Below are positions 46,005 to 59,100 of a DNA stretch of 64,000 nt, piece by piece. Both the position numbers and the translations under genes were made by a program. The notes beneath the pieces are model-generated. The model did no database searches. It was not told where the DNA came from and saw nothing but the letters and a program-made list of their open reading frames with translations. Numbering within the stretch: the stretch's first letter is position 1; every line of letters starts with the position of its first letter. The stretch is from a virus, in the IMG/VR virus record IMGVR_UViG_3300032265_001317, positions 1 through 64,000 of that record, one strand, 5' to 3'.

Positions 46005-46439
46005 ATGCCATACAAGTCTAAAGAAATCACTAATGCTAGATCAATAAATCAAGCGACCACACAAGAAAGCCACTTTTATAAAGGGTTTAGTTCTGTAGGG
46101 GATACCTCTTTTGGTACACGTCTTTATGATTTTGAATTAGTAAAACAAGACATCATCAATAATTTTAACACTCGTAAAGGTGAAAGATTAATGGATCCCG
46201 AGTTTGGCTGTGTTATTTGGGATCTGCTAATGGAACCGTTAACTGATAGCGTAAGAGAACAGCTGACTACGGATATTGCGGCAATTTGTAATAAAGATCC
46301 TAGAGTATATCCAACACAAATTAAACTTACCGAGCTTGATTCTGGGTTCCTATTAGAGCTCACACTGGTGCTAAGACAAACTAACCAATCTTCAAATTTA
46401 AGATTAACTTTTGATCAAAGTATTGGACTACAACAATAA
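46005..46439 (+). CDS. gp25: Baseplate wedge subunit, gp25-like
   Basis: TRKGERLMDPEFGC.IWDLLMEP...DPRV motif. Confidence 0.9.
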   Translation: MPYKSKEITNARSINQATTQESHFYKGFSSVGDTSFGTRLYDFELVKQDIINNFNTRKGERLMDPEFGCVIWDLLMEPLTDSVREQLTTDIAAICNKDPRVYPTQIKLTELDSGFLLELTLVLRQTNQSSNLRLTFDQSIGLQQ

Positions 46440-46460
46440 TGTACCTACTTTATCTAACAA

Positions 46461-46467
46461 ATAAATA
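46461..46467 (+). promoter_or_regulatory. Late promoter box (ATAAATA)
   Basis: Intergenic, upstream of the gp6-like gene. Confidence 0.55.
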
Positions 46468-46487
46468 TGGTATAACCGAAAAAAACT

Positions 46488-49400
46488 ATGATTCCATCAA
46501 CCAACAGTAAACTTTTAGTCGCAGAAGATTGGAAAAAGATATATCAATCTTTTAGAAATGCTGACTTTAAAAGCTATGATTTTGAAACATTAAGAAGAAC
46601 AATGATAACCTATCTTCAGGAAAATTATCCTGAAGATTTCAACGACTTTATTGATTCAAGCGAATACATTGCTCTTATTGATCTAATTGCCTATTTGGGT
46701 CAAAACCTAAGTTTCCGCATTGACCTAAACGCCCGTGAAAACTTCTTGGAAACTGCACAGCGCCGGGATAGCATACTGCGTTTGGCACAGTTAGTTAGCT
46801 ATGTACCTAAGCGTAATACTCCTGCCAGCGGCTTTTTGAAATTAACGGCAGTATCTACTACAGATAATGTTATTGACAACAACGGAATTAATCTAGCAAA
46901 TACAACTGTAGGATGGAATGACAGCACAAATATCAGCTGGTATCAACAGTTTATAACCATAATGAATAGCGCAATGCCTAGCAGTTATACATTTGGAAAT
47001 CCTTATGGCAGAAGCACAATCAATGGAGTGTTGACAGAACGATATAAAATTAACAGTTCGAATACTGACGTGCCGTTGTACAGTTTCCAAAAAAATATCA
47101 ACGGTTCCAGCATGAGTTTTGAAGTAGTCAGTTGTTCTTTTGAAGGATCAACCACTGTATACGAAGAAGCACCTAAGCCTGCTAATATGTTTGGATTTTT
47201 GTATCAAAACGACAATAAAGGTTCGTCAAGTCCAAATACTGGATTCTTTGCACATTTCCGCCAAGGCGCATTAAGCCTATCAAATTTTAGTCTTGACAAT
47301 CCTGTACCTAATGAAATTGTTGGAGTTAACACTTCAAACATTAACGATACTGATGTATGGTTATGGCAGTTAGATGCCAACAACAATTATACAACACTAT
47401 GGACTAAAGTCAATGCCCTGGTAGGTAGTAACATTATCTATAACAGTTTGAATAATGATATTAGAAATATCTATAGTGTAACAACTAGAGATCAAGATCA
47501 GATTGATTTAAACTTTGCCGACGGCAGTTTTGGTAACTTGCCTAAAGGTCAATTCAGTTTATTTTACCGTCAAAGTAATGGATCAACATATACAATTAAA
47601 CCAGAGCAGATGTCTGGTATTGTTGTGCAAATTCCTTATAAAAATAAATCTGGACAACAGCATACGCTTACCTTAACTCTTTCTTTACAGTACACAGTTA
47701 ACAATAGCACAGGTCCAGAATCTAATACAAACATTAGAACCAAAGCACCGCAAACTTACTATACACAAAATCGTATGGTAACTGGTGAGGATTATAATAT
47801 TGTTCCATTGACACTGGGAAGTAACATATTAAAAGTAAAAAGTATTGCCCGTGTAACAGGCGGACTTAGCAAATATTTTGATCTTTCAGATGTCACAGGA
47901 AAATACAGTCAGACAAATATTTTTGCATCTGACGGAATGGTATATCAACAAAATCAAGAACAAAAATTTGAGTTTACTTTTACTACACGAAATGATGTGT
48001 TCTCTGTGGTTAAGAAGAAACTTGAACCTATTGTGTCTTCGCCGTCATTGAGATCATTTTATTTAGATAGATATGATAGACCCAATCTTGGCAGTTTGAA
48101 TTTAACATGGGTAAATGTTAATACTGTATCAAATCAATCTAAGGGATATCTGCAATCGGCATCGTCTCCGGTGGCTGTTGGAGAGTTTAACGATAGTAAT
48201 TTAAGATATCTTACTGTGGGAGCATTAATTAAATTTGCACCACCTACCGGGCAATATTTTTCTTCGAGTGGAAAATTAACCACTGTACGTTCTTCTGATA
48301 CTACCGACTATAGATGGGCTACTGTAATTTCTGTTACCGGCGATGGTAGCAATTCTGGATTAGGCACATTAAGTGATGGCACCGGTCCTATCGCGTTAAG
48401 TGATGTTATTGATTCCGATGCAGTACCTATTGAAATTATTCCAAAATTTGTCAGCACCTATGCTTATAGCTTTGAATCAGAAATTGTTAACCTATGTTTG
48501 GCAAAAAGTAATTTTGGTTTGAGTTTTGATGCTCTTGCTAGAAAATGGAACATTATTGCAGATACAAACTTAGACTTGATTAACGGATTTAATTTAGAAT
48601 ATCAAAACGATGTTACTAATAATAATCTAGATGCCAGCTGGATGATTGCATTCGTATGGCAAGGTGCTAGCTACCAGGTAACATACAGAGTTACAGATTA
48701 CATATTTGAAAGCGAAAGAGAAACAGCATTTTTTGTCGATTCAACAAACATCAATTATGACTTTGTAAACGATACTGTAATCAAAGATAAAATTTCTGTA
48801 TTAGGTATTAATACAAGTCCAATGAATTACGGCAACGCAGAAGTAACTATTGCATCTGTAGGGGCTTACGGCAGTATAAAATCTTTCAACATAGTTAATA
48901 GTGGAACTGGATTTGTATCAACTCCTTCTCTTAGCTTTGCTAACGGTCGTAATGGATATTTTATTCCTATACTTAAAAATGGTTCTATAAGCAGTGTTTA
49001 CATTGTAAATTCAGGAACAGCATATACTGTAGGCGATTCGGCAATTATTCAAGCATCAGACTCTGCTTACTCAACATTGCCGTTAGGTGCAGATTTTAAT
49101 TGGCAAGTTGATTCTGCTATTGTTGAATCTGACGGATATGTTGAACCAAAAAAAGTTAAGGTAAGTTTTTATGATTATAATAATTCAGGACAAATATCCG
49201 ACCCTGATACGTTTAAATCTATTGTTGCACCCTCTTCGTTAAATCCAACAACAGGATACCAAGACAAGTTTGTTTATTTCCAAACACTTTCAAATGGAAA
49301 TAGATATCAACTTTCTACAGAAACATTTATTGCTTACCCTACTCCGGCTGATGCTGATGATGCAATAACAGCAGGAACGATCACTCCTGCTACCGGAGAT

Positions 49401-50153
49401 TTATTCTATTTTTATAATAGTGCATACGATGTTGTTAATACCTATTCGTTATCAACTGTAACCAATTTACATTCTTGGATATATCAACCGTCGTATTTTG
49501 CTCGCCCAGGCAGAACAGGATTGAAATTCCATTATGTGCATAACAGTGGTGAAAATAGAAGAATAGATCCTAGCAAGAGTAATATAATTGATATCTATAT
49601 GCTAACTGCTGATTATGATTCGGCTTTTAGAACATGGTTAACCACAGGCACCGGAACTAAACCTTTGCCTCCTACAACCCAGAGCCTAGAAAGCAATTAC
49701 GGAACATCTTTGGAATTGCAAAAAACCATTAGCGATGAAATTATTTTTCAGCCAGTAAATTATGTAGTATTGTTTGGAACAGAAGCTGATATAAATCTGC
49801 AAGCAACATTTAAGGCAGTTCAAAGTCCATCTAGTACAATGAGTTCTAACTCGTTGATAACAGGAATACTTGATGCAATAAACAGTTTCTTTGCACTAGA
49901 AAATTGGGAGTTTGGTCAAAGTTTTCACTTCAGTGAATTATCAACCTATGTTATGAATTTAATGACTCCTGATATTACTAACTTTATAATTGTGCCAAAA
50001 ATAAATTCGTTTGGTGGCCTATACGAAATATCATGTCAGACAAATCAAATTTTTATCAGCGGAACCTCTGCATCAGACATACAAATAATTAGTGCAATTA
50101 CAGCATCACAGTTATTATCTACTGCAACCATTGTAACAAGTATCGGATCATAA
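46488..50153 (+). CDS. gp6: Baseplate wedge subunit, gp6-like (1221 aa)
   Basis: DFETLR..MITYL, ENFLETA.RRDSILRLA...Y.P, FADG.FG..P, QNRMVTGEDY motifs. Confidence 0.9.
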   Translation: MIPSTNSKLLVAEDWKKIYQSFRNADFKSYDFETLRRTMITYLQENYPEDFNDFIDSSEYIALIDLIAYLGQNLSFRIDLNARENFLETAQRRDSILRLAQLVSYVPKRNTPASGFLKLTAVSTTDNVIDNNGINLANTTVGWNDSTNISWYQQFITIMNSAMPSSYTFGNPYGRSTINGVLTERYKINSSNTDVPLYSFQKNINGSSMSFEVVSCSFEGSTTVYEEAPKPANMFGFLYQNDNKGSSSPNTGFFAHFRQGALSLSNFSLDNPVPNEIVGVNTSNINDTDVWLWQLDANNNYTTLWTKVNALVGSNIIYNSLNNDIRNIYSVTTRDQDQIDLNFADGSFGNLPKGQFSLFYRQSNGSTYTIKPEQMSGIVVQIPYKNKSGQQHTLTLTLSLQYTVNNSTGPESNTNIRTKAPQTYYTQNRMVTGEDYNIVPLTLGSNILKVKSIARVTGGLSKYFDLSDVTGKYSQTNIFASDGMVYQQNQEQKFEFTFTTRNDVFSVVKKKLEPIVSSPSLRSFYLDRYDRPNLGSLNLTWVNVNTVSNQSKGYLQSASSPVAVGEFNDSNLRYLTVGALIKFAPPTGQYFSSSGKLTTVRSSDTTDYRWATVISVTGDGSNSGLGTLSDGTGPIALSDVIDSDAVPIEIIPKFVSTYAYSFESEIVNLCLAKSNFGLSFDALARKWNIIADTNLDLINGFNLEYQNDVTNNNLDASWMIAFVWQGASYQVTYRVTDYIFESERETAFFVDSTNINYDFVNDTVIKDKISVLGINTSPMNYGNAEVTIASVGAYGSIKSFNIVNSGTGFVSTPSLSFANGRNGYFIPILKNGSISSVYIVNSGTAYTVGDSAIIQASDSAYSTLPLGADFNWQVDSAIVESDGYVEPKKVKVSFYDYNNSGQISDPDTFKSIVAPSSLNPTTGYQDKFVYFQTLSNGNRYQLSTETFIAYPTPADADDAITAGTITPATGDLFYFYNSAYDVVNTYSLSTVTNLHSWIYQPSYFARPGRTGLKFHYVHNSGENRRIDPSKSNIIDIYMLTADYDSAFRTWLTTGTGTKPLPPTTQSLESNYGTSLELQKTISDEIIFQPVNYVVLFGTEADINLQATFKAVQSPSSTMSSNSLITGILDAINSFFALENWEFGQSFHFSELSTYVMNLMTPDITNFIIVPKINSFGGLYEISCQTNQIFISGTSASDIQIISAITASQLLSTATIVTSIGS

Positions 50154-50156
50154 AGA

Positions 50157-53100
50157 ATGGCTAATTCAATCAAAACAATTAATTTGTTGCCCGAGTTTTT
50201 AAGAACAGATAAAAATAGCAAATTTTTATCTAGCACTGTTGACCAATGGATTAAAAAACCAGAACTAGAACGTATTGATGGATACGTGGGATCTACATTG
50301 ACTCCTACTTACAATTCTACTGCCGATGTTTATATTTCAGAATCGTTGCCTTTAAGAAAACAATATCAACTTGAACCTGCGGTTGTAATAAAAGATAATC
50401 AAAGTATTGTAACTGGTGCAGTAGCCATTGACGACCTTGTTAACGAAATTTCTATCAAAGGTGGACAAACAGGAAATTTTGACAAACTATTTAGAAGTGA
50501 ATTTTATTCGTACGATCCGCATATTGATTTGGATAAGCTAGTTAACTATACTGAATATTATTGGTTAACAACTGGTCCAAATACTGTTGTTATAAGTGGA
50601 CAACCTACAAATACAACAAGTACGTTTACCGTGGTTGATAATGAAGTTAAATCTGCATTTATTTTTACACCTAACGGACTAACACCAAACCCGATTGTTA
50701 CCTTGTATAGAGGAAATACATATAATTTTGAAATAAGTTCAGTATATAAATTTTATGTAAAAACTGATTCATCATCTGGTCCTTTTGGTTTGTTAACTAG
50801 AAATATAACAAATAACGGAATTACAACTGGCACTATTACATTAACGGTTGATCAATACACTCCTGAAACTTTATATTATATTTCTGAAACAGATGACAAG
50901 GTACAAGGACAATTTGTTATTAAAGATTCTACACAAAATTCGATAATTGATGTAGAAAAAGAAGTTATTGGGAAAAAGAGTTATAGATCAGGAACCGGAA
51001 TTGAATTATCAAACGGAATGAAAGTTCGTTTTGGTGGAACGGTTATCCCTGAATCATATCAAAATAAAGAATACTGGGTAGAAGGTGTTGGTGAATCTAT
51101 TAGCTTGATAGATTATGAATTATTATCATCCCCTGAGGCAATGGCCAGTGTATTTGACGAAAACTTTGATGCTACTGGATTTGACGATTATCCGTTTGAT
51201 AATTTTAAAACACTGCCGATTACCCCCGAGTATATTACTATTAATCGTGCCAGTAAAGATTTAAATCCATGGTCTAGATACAATCGATGGGTTCATTCGG
51301 ATGTAATTAGAATTAGTGCAGAAGCATCTGGGCAAGATCCGGTATATTCAGTTAACCTTAGGGCAAAACGTCCTATTATTGAATTTAAAGCAGATTTAAA
51401 ATTATATAATTTTGGAACAACTGGTGCAACAAACGTTGACCTAATTGACAATGTGACGCACGATGCATTTTCAGCTGTCGAAGGATCTGCTGGATATTAT
51501 GTTGACGGACTTTTATTACAACAAGGGCAACGAATTATATTCAATGCAGATACTGATTCAACTGTAAGAGAAAAAATCTACGAAGTAAATTATGTTACTG
51601 TTAACGGATATAAATCAAGATTACAATTAGTTCCTGTAACCACAAGCATTTCCGGATGTTCTGTTTCTGTAAATTACGGAAATGATTTTGCAGGTACTGC
51701 ATGGTGGTACAACGGATCTAATTGGGTATATGCTCAACAACATAACAAACTTAATCAAGCTCCTTTATTTGATTTATTTGACAAAAATGGTTATAGTTAC
51801 AGCGATACCACTGCTTATCAAAGTAATTTTAGTGGAACTAAAATATTTGGTTACGAAGTAGGTACCAACGGTGCTAATGATGCTGTATTAGGGTTTCCTT
51901 TAAAATATAAAAATAGTGTAGGCGTTGGTAGCTATCTTTTTAAAAATTATTTTACTACAGATCAAATTTCTGTTTCAGTTAATAACGTTGAAACTATTAG
52001 TGTATCAGCAGGGCAAACATTTTTAAAATTTGCTCACGCCGCAGGCGATGTATATTCAAATGTATGGACAGCCACTGAGCCATATCCTATTCCGTTGAAC
52101 GCAAATGGATATTATGATACACCTTTAGGACTTACAAATAATCCACTAAACGGACCTATTTCTAATTTTACTCTAAGTGAAATCAGCGATCATCTTGGAA
52201 CTGCTGTTGCTAGATTGCCTAACTTTGTAGGAGCATTCCCAGGAGTTAGTAATTTACGTGACAGGCCAGATGTTGCTAGATATGCCAGCAGATTAATTTC
52301 AAATGCAAATCCTATGGCATTTGCACATTTGTTTATTGGTAAAAAAGAACACAGCATCGTTGATGCAGTTACAAAAGTAGGCGACCAATACAATCAATTT
52401 AAAATGTCATTTTTGAATAAAATGATATCAGTTGGAAATCTTAACAATCCAATTGCATCAGTTGATACAATTTTAGCAGAATTAAATTTAGGAAAAAATT
52501 TACAATCTCCTTATTTCTTATCTGATATGATTGCCTATGGCAATGACAAAGTAACCAGACAATGGACTGTAAAAAATATTAGAAATACAGTCTACCCTAT
52601 TTCTGCTGACTTTGATCCTGTTGCTTTAGGTTTAAGATCGGTACTAGTTTATTTGAATGGATCTCAACTGGTATTAGGGCAAGATTATAATTTTATTACC
52701 AACGATTCATCAATAGAAATTTTAACCACATTAATGCTGGGCGATGTAATTACAGTTAATGATTATGCTACAACCGAAGGGTGCTTTGTACCGCCTACTC
52801 CGACCAAACTTGGATTATATCCTAAATTTAAACCAGCAAAATACATTGACGATACCTATGCTACACCGACACCTGTAATCCAGTGCCACGATGGTAGCAT
52901 AATGGTTGCCTATAACGATTTTAGAGATGACATTGTTCTTGAATTAGAAAAACGAATTTACAATAATATTAAGGCAGTATATCAAACAGAACTATTTGAT
53001 ATTAATTCTGTAATACCCGGCGCATTCAGAAATAGTGAGTATACATTAGCCGACTGTAATTCTATATTAATTAACGATTTTATTAAATGGTCTGGTTTTT

Positions 53101-56100
53101 ATGGAATTGAGTACACAGAAAATTCTACCTTCGATCCAGACAATTCTTTCACATGGAATTATTCTGGTAGTACCAACAAGTTATTATCTATACAAGTTGA
53201 TGGAAACTGGAGAGCAGTTTATAAATTCTTCTACGATACTGATCGCCCTCACACCGCACCGTGGGAAATGCTAGGATTAACTGCTATGCCTGATTGGTGG
53301 GAGTCGTTGTATGGTCCTGCCCCGTATACCAACGGTAACTTATTATTATGGGAAGATTTAGAAAAAGGATTAATAAAATATCCTAGCGGTTGGGTACGTG
53401 ATCCTATATATGCTAGACCCGATTTGAGAAATATTATACCGGTAGACGAAGGCGGCAATTTACTTGATCCTACGGTATTATTAAGTGAGTACACACCATA
53501 CAGTGTTAGACAAAATTGGAAATTTGGTGACCTAGGACCTGCAGAAACAGCATGGCGCCGTAGTAGCCATTGGCCTTTTGCGTTACAAAAATTATTAGCA
53601 TTATTAAAACCTGCTAGCTATGCATCATTAATGTATGATCCTAGTAGGATGACACAAAATAAAGCAGGACAGTGGTCGTACGATATTGCCGGGTCTTTCT
53701 TAAATCCTAAAAATGTAAAAATATTTGATACACTTACTACTTTAACAAGCGGTTATAGCGTATTACTTGTTGAATCAGGTAAACAGAGATCTGTTAATTA
53801 CGTCAACGAGTTAACACAAGATTTAAATTTTTTCGATATTAATTTATTTCACAAAGTAGGCGGATTTGTCAACAAGGGAAATTTACAAATTGTTATCGAT
53901 GCATACGAGCCAACCAGCACTGGCCCGGGTGCATTGCTTCCTCAAGAAAATTATCAATTATATCTTAATACCAGTAACCCAGTTAATACAACAAGTATTT
54001 CTGGTTTAATTATACAAAAAGTCGACGGCAAATTTGTTATAAAAGGGTATGACAAGTATCGTCCTTACTTCACAGTATATACTCCTGTAAGAAATAGTTC
54101 AACTCCAACATTAAGTGTTGGAGGAATCAGTTCACCATATATAAATTGGTCTGCTGGTACAGCCGATGCAGGAGCATCTAATCTTAATTCGATAGATCTT
54201 ACAACAGCCAATAGCTCTCCTGTTGGCAAGTTTTATAAAACAGGACAGATTGTTAACTACGGTAATAGATATTATATAGTAATTAAAGATCACTATGCTG
54301 AGAGTGTGTTCAATGTAGCTTATTATCAGTCACTTCCATCGTTGCCTATCTCGGGAGGCGCAACAGTTCAAACATATTATAAGTTTGACAAGGTAGGAGT
54401 AAGAATTCCTTATGGAACACAGTTTGATAACATACAACAAGTGTATGATTTTATTGTTGGCTACGGCGACTGGTTGTCAGATCAGGGATTTATTTTTAAT
54501 CAATATAATTCAACTTTAAATTCTGTATTAGATTGGAATTTCACTGCTAAAGAATTTTTATATTGGACTACACAAAATTGGGCCAATAATAGTATTATTG
54601 CTCTTAGCCCGTTTGCGGATCAACTTCAATTTAAATTTAGCAATAGTGTTGTAGATAATATTTTTGATAGTTTTTATGATTACGGAATTTTAAAAGAAAA
54701 TGGTCTCGAATTTCCTAAAAATAATTTAAATATCGGCAGGGACGAAGGTGTTTGTACTATTAGATCTATAAACACCACAGAAGGAATTTATTTTGCACAA
54801 TTAAATTCTGTACAAAAAGAACACGCCATGGTGTTTGATAACACCACAGTTTTCAACGATACTATCTATGACATTGAAACTGGATATCGTCAACGCCGCG
54901 TAAAATTAATTGGGTTTAGAACTGCCAACTGGAATGGAGATTATTTCACTCCTGGATTTGTGTACGACACAGCTCAAATATCTACCTGGGCCCAATTTAC
55001 TGATTACAAATACGGCGAAGTTGTAAGATTTAACAGCAAATATTATTCAGCAATACAAGATGTTATTGGATCCAGTAAATTTGATTTTACTAAATGGGTG
55101 TTACTCGGAAGCAAGCCTGTAGCAGAATTAATTCCTAACTTTGATTACAAAATTAATCAGTTTGAAGATTTTTATAGTCTTGACATTGACAACTTTGACA
55201 GTAACCAACAAGAGCTTGCACAGCACTTGGTTGGATATACACCACGAGTATATCTAAATAATATCTTTATTAATCCTATTGCACAATATAAATTCTATCA
55301 AGGATTTATTAAAGAAAAAGGATCAAAAAATTCTATTATCAAATTAAGTAAAGCCAGTATACAAAATCAGCAAGGATCAATTTCTTTTAATGAAGAATGG
55401 GCATTTAGAGTTGGTAGTTATGGTTCTTACGAAACGTACAACGAAATAGAAACTACTCTACATGAAGGAAGTTTCAAATCAAATCCTCAGGCAATTAACT
55501 TTGTAGATACTGTGCCAGTAGTTCCTGATGATTTATTATTGTATAAAACTCCTGGCAATTTAGCTATAGTTCCTGATGATTATGTTCCTTCTAGCACGTT
55601 TGTAACAACATCAACTTCTAATTTTGAATTAATGACAGCGGGCTATGTAAATCTAAACGATGTTACATCTACTGCTTATAATGAAGATAGTTTTATTGCC
55701 ATTGCCAATACTCGTGCATTAAACGATGGTGAAGTTATATGGCTAGGAAATACCAATAATGGTGATTGGGATGTTCGTAGATATCAAAGATCTACAGCCG
55801 GTATTATTTCCGTACAGATATATAATCCTGCAGAAAGTATTTCTTTCTCAACTGATGTTCCACACGAATTGAGCATAGGAGAAATTATTTCTGTATCTCA
55901 ATATGACGACCAAGTCAATGGGGTATATCGAGTAATTGACATATTGTCAAGAACAGAGTTTGTTGTATCTTCTACACTTTCTTTTATTACTACATTTACT
56001 ACAGATTCTCCAGGTCTGTTATTCAGCTTCAAAAGTGTTAGATATAGTAATTTTGATTCTATACCTTTGGATCAAGAATTACAAGAATTGCCATATGGAG

Positions 56101-59100
56101 CTAAATTCTGGATTGACAATGACATTTCTAGCAGTTGGAAAGTTTATGAAAAAATTGACAATTATTCAATAACACATATTACAACCAATACCAGTGGATC
56201 ATACTACGGTGCAACAATATACAAAAACAAAGGCGAGAACATAGTAATTGAAGCATCTCCGTATTATTCTTCTCCAAGTAGATTTGACATAGGTACAATA
56301 TTTGTCAAGTATATTGATCTTGATGGATATATTTTTAATTATAATATTAATCAAGCATCTTATAATCAATACTATACAGGTACAGTACATACTGAGTTTG
56401 GAGCATCTGTTGTATATGACAGTCAAGAATATAACAATACAGGCTTTGGGTTGTTCTATGCAGGAGCTCCTGGCACTAGCGGAATTAAATCTTCAAGTAG
56501 CCCAACAGGTCTTAGATATGCATCGGCGGCCGGAACTGCATCTTCACGTGTTCATGAAGGTTTAGTAAAAATCAGTAGCGTTGACCCATTGTTGTTTACA
56601 GAATTTACAGAACATGTGTTGTTAAGTCCTGCACCGGCCAGTTATGATCGTTTTGGACAATCAATATTTGTACAAACTAGTAACACATCTACTAAATCTC
56701 TGTTGGTAGGTGCCCCAGGTAACAACGGAGTGCTTGCCGGCGCAGTACATTTATATAATATTTCGTTGAATACTACTACTAATATTACTTTCAACAGAAG
56801 TATCAGTCCTCTGGTTTACTGGCTTGGCGGCGAATGGGGCTACAGCATATCTGGTTTATCAAACGCTAGCACAGTTGCGATTAGTGCTCCTAGTTACCAA
56901 CAAGGTGTAGGTTATGTTGCAATATTAACTGGTACAAATTATACCAATCTTTCTCAAATAATTTTTGGTAACACAGCCGGCCTTGATAAAAAAAGTAGAT
57001 TTGGCGACAAGGTAATATTGTCCAATGATGGTACATATCTATTTGCTACAGCGCCAGGATTTATTAATTTTGATAATTCAAAAGGAGCTGTCGCAGTATT
57101 TAAATCTGTAAATGGTGCATTTGAATTTAAACAATTAATTACTAATCCAGTAGCAGGGCCTGGAATGACTTTTGGACAAGACATTGATATCGGTACCATG
57201 TCTGACAAGTTAATTGTATCTGCACTAGGAACTGATAGAATTGATAGATCTTTTGATAACAAGCTAGCAGACAATACAACGTTTGATAGTAAGACTACAA
57301 TATTTGAAGATAGCATGACAAAATCTGGATGCGTTTTTGTATATGATAGATACAATGAACGTTTTGTTTTTGCACAAGAAATTAATCCTGGAAATTTAAC
57401 AACAGCTACCAACTTTGGTCAAAGTATAGTGTTAGATGACACTGATGTTTTAATTGGTGCTCCTAATATTAACATCACAGCTGATGGACAAACTGATTAT
57501 AGTGCAACATACAGATACAGTAAAATTGATCCGTTAGCAGACAGTTGGAAAATATTAAGACAATTTGATAATCTAGTGGACGTCAATACTTTACAAAAAG
57601 TTAGATTGATCGATACTTCTAATGATACTGTTGTTACATACCTTGATGTTATTGATCCATTAAAAGGAAAAATTTCAGGAATTGCCGACGAAGAAATACG
57701 CTATAAAACATCAGTTGATCCTGCCATCTATTCTATTGGTACTACATCTACCACTGTATTGCAAGATACAAATTGGACCGATATCCAGGTTGGTGAACTA
57801 TGGTGGGATTTATCAACTGTTAAGTATGTCTGGTACGAACAAGGCGACTTGAATTATAGAAAAAATAATTGGGGAATGTTATTTCCTGGATCAAGCATTG
57901 ATATTTACGAATGGGTAGAATCAACATATCTACCAAGCGAGTGGGCCGCGTTAGCAGATACTGCTAACGGCATTGCTAAGGGAATTAGTGGACAACCAAA
58001 GTTTCCTGATAACACTGTATTATCTGTAAAACAAGGTTACGATTCAGTTTCAAATTCTTTTACTAACATTTACTATTTCTGGGTAAAAAATAAAGTATTG
58101 GTTCCTGAGACTAAAAACAGAAGAATGTCTTCATACGATGTTGCATCTCTAATAAATGATCCTTCGTATAACGGATCAATGTATGCCGCTATTATTTCTG
58201 GCAATGGTGTAATGTTATCGGATGTTGCATCTGAATTAGTTGGCGACCGTATTAATTTAAATATTGCATTTGACAATATAAAAAATCAAATACCGAGACA
58301 TACTGAATGGTTGTTAATTGAAGAAAATTCTGTAACATCAGCTCCTAATACGTTGTTAGAGAAAAAATTAATTGACAGTTTACTTGGACATGATTCTCTT
58401 GGTAATGCTGTACCCGATCCTGCATTATCAAGCAGAGTTCGTTATGGAATAGGTATTAGACCACAGCAAACCTTGTTTAAAGATAGACTAGGTGCCTTGA
58501 GAAATCTAGTTGAATTTTCAAATTCTGTCTTGAAAGAAAATATCATTACAGGTCGCTATAATTTTTCTAATTTAAATGCTCAGGAAAGTATTCCTGATCA
58601 ATATTCACACGAGTATGATCGTATTGTTGAAGACAACTATACCTTAGAAACAATTGATACTAGAAAGCTATCTCAGGCAAAATTAACAGCACAAATATAT
58701 GACGGTAGAGTAATTGGGGTTACAATTGATAATCCAGGATTTGGTTATATCATAAGTCCTACAGTAACAGTTACCGGTAACTGCATTTCAAGTGCAGTAA
58801 TTACTACTGCTATTGATTCCAGTGGACGAGTAATATCAGTTGACATTGTTGATGCCGGAAACGGATATTCTGCAACACCTACATTAGAAGTAAGACCTTT
58901 TACTGTTATAGTTTTAGCAGATAGCATTTACAATGGCAAATGGTCAAAATTTGTATGGAAAAGCGAACTTGCACTATTTGTTAGATCTCATACACAAAAA
59001 TATAATACATCTCTGTACTGGAACAAGGTTGACTGGACAAGTGCCGATTACAATCAATATCAAGATTATTTGTTTACAGTTGATGCGGTATACGGAATTT

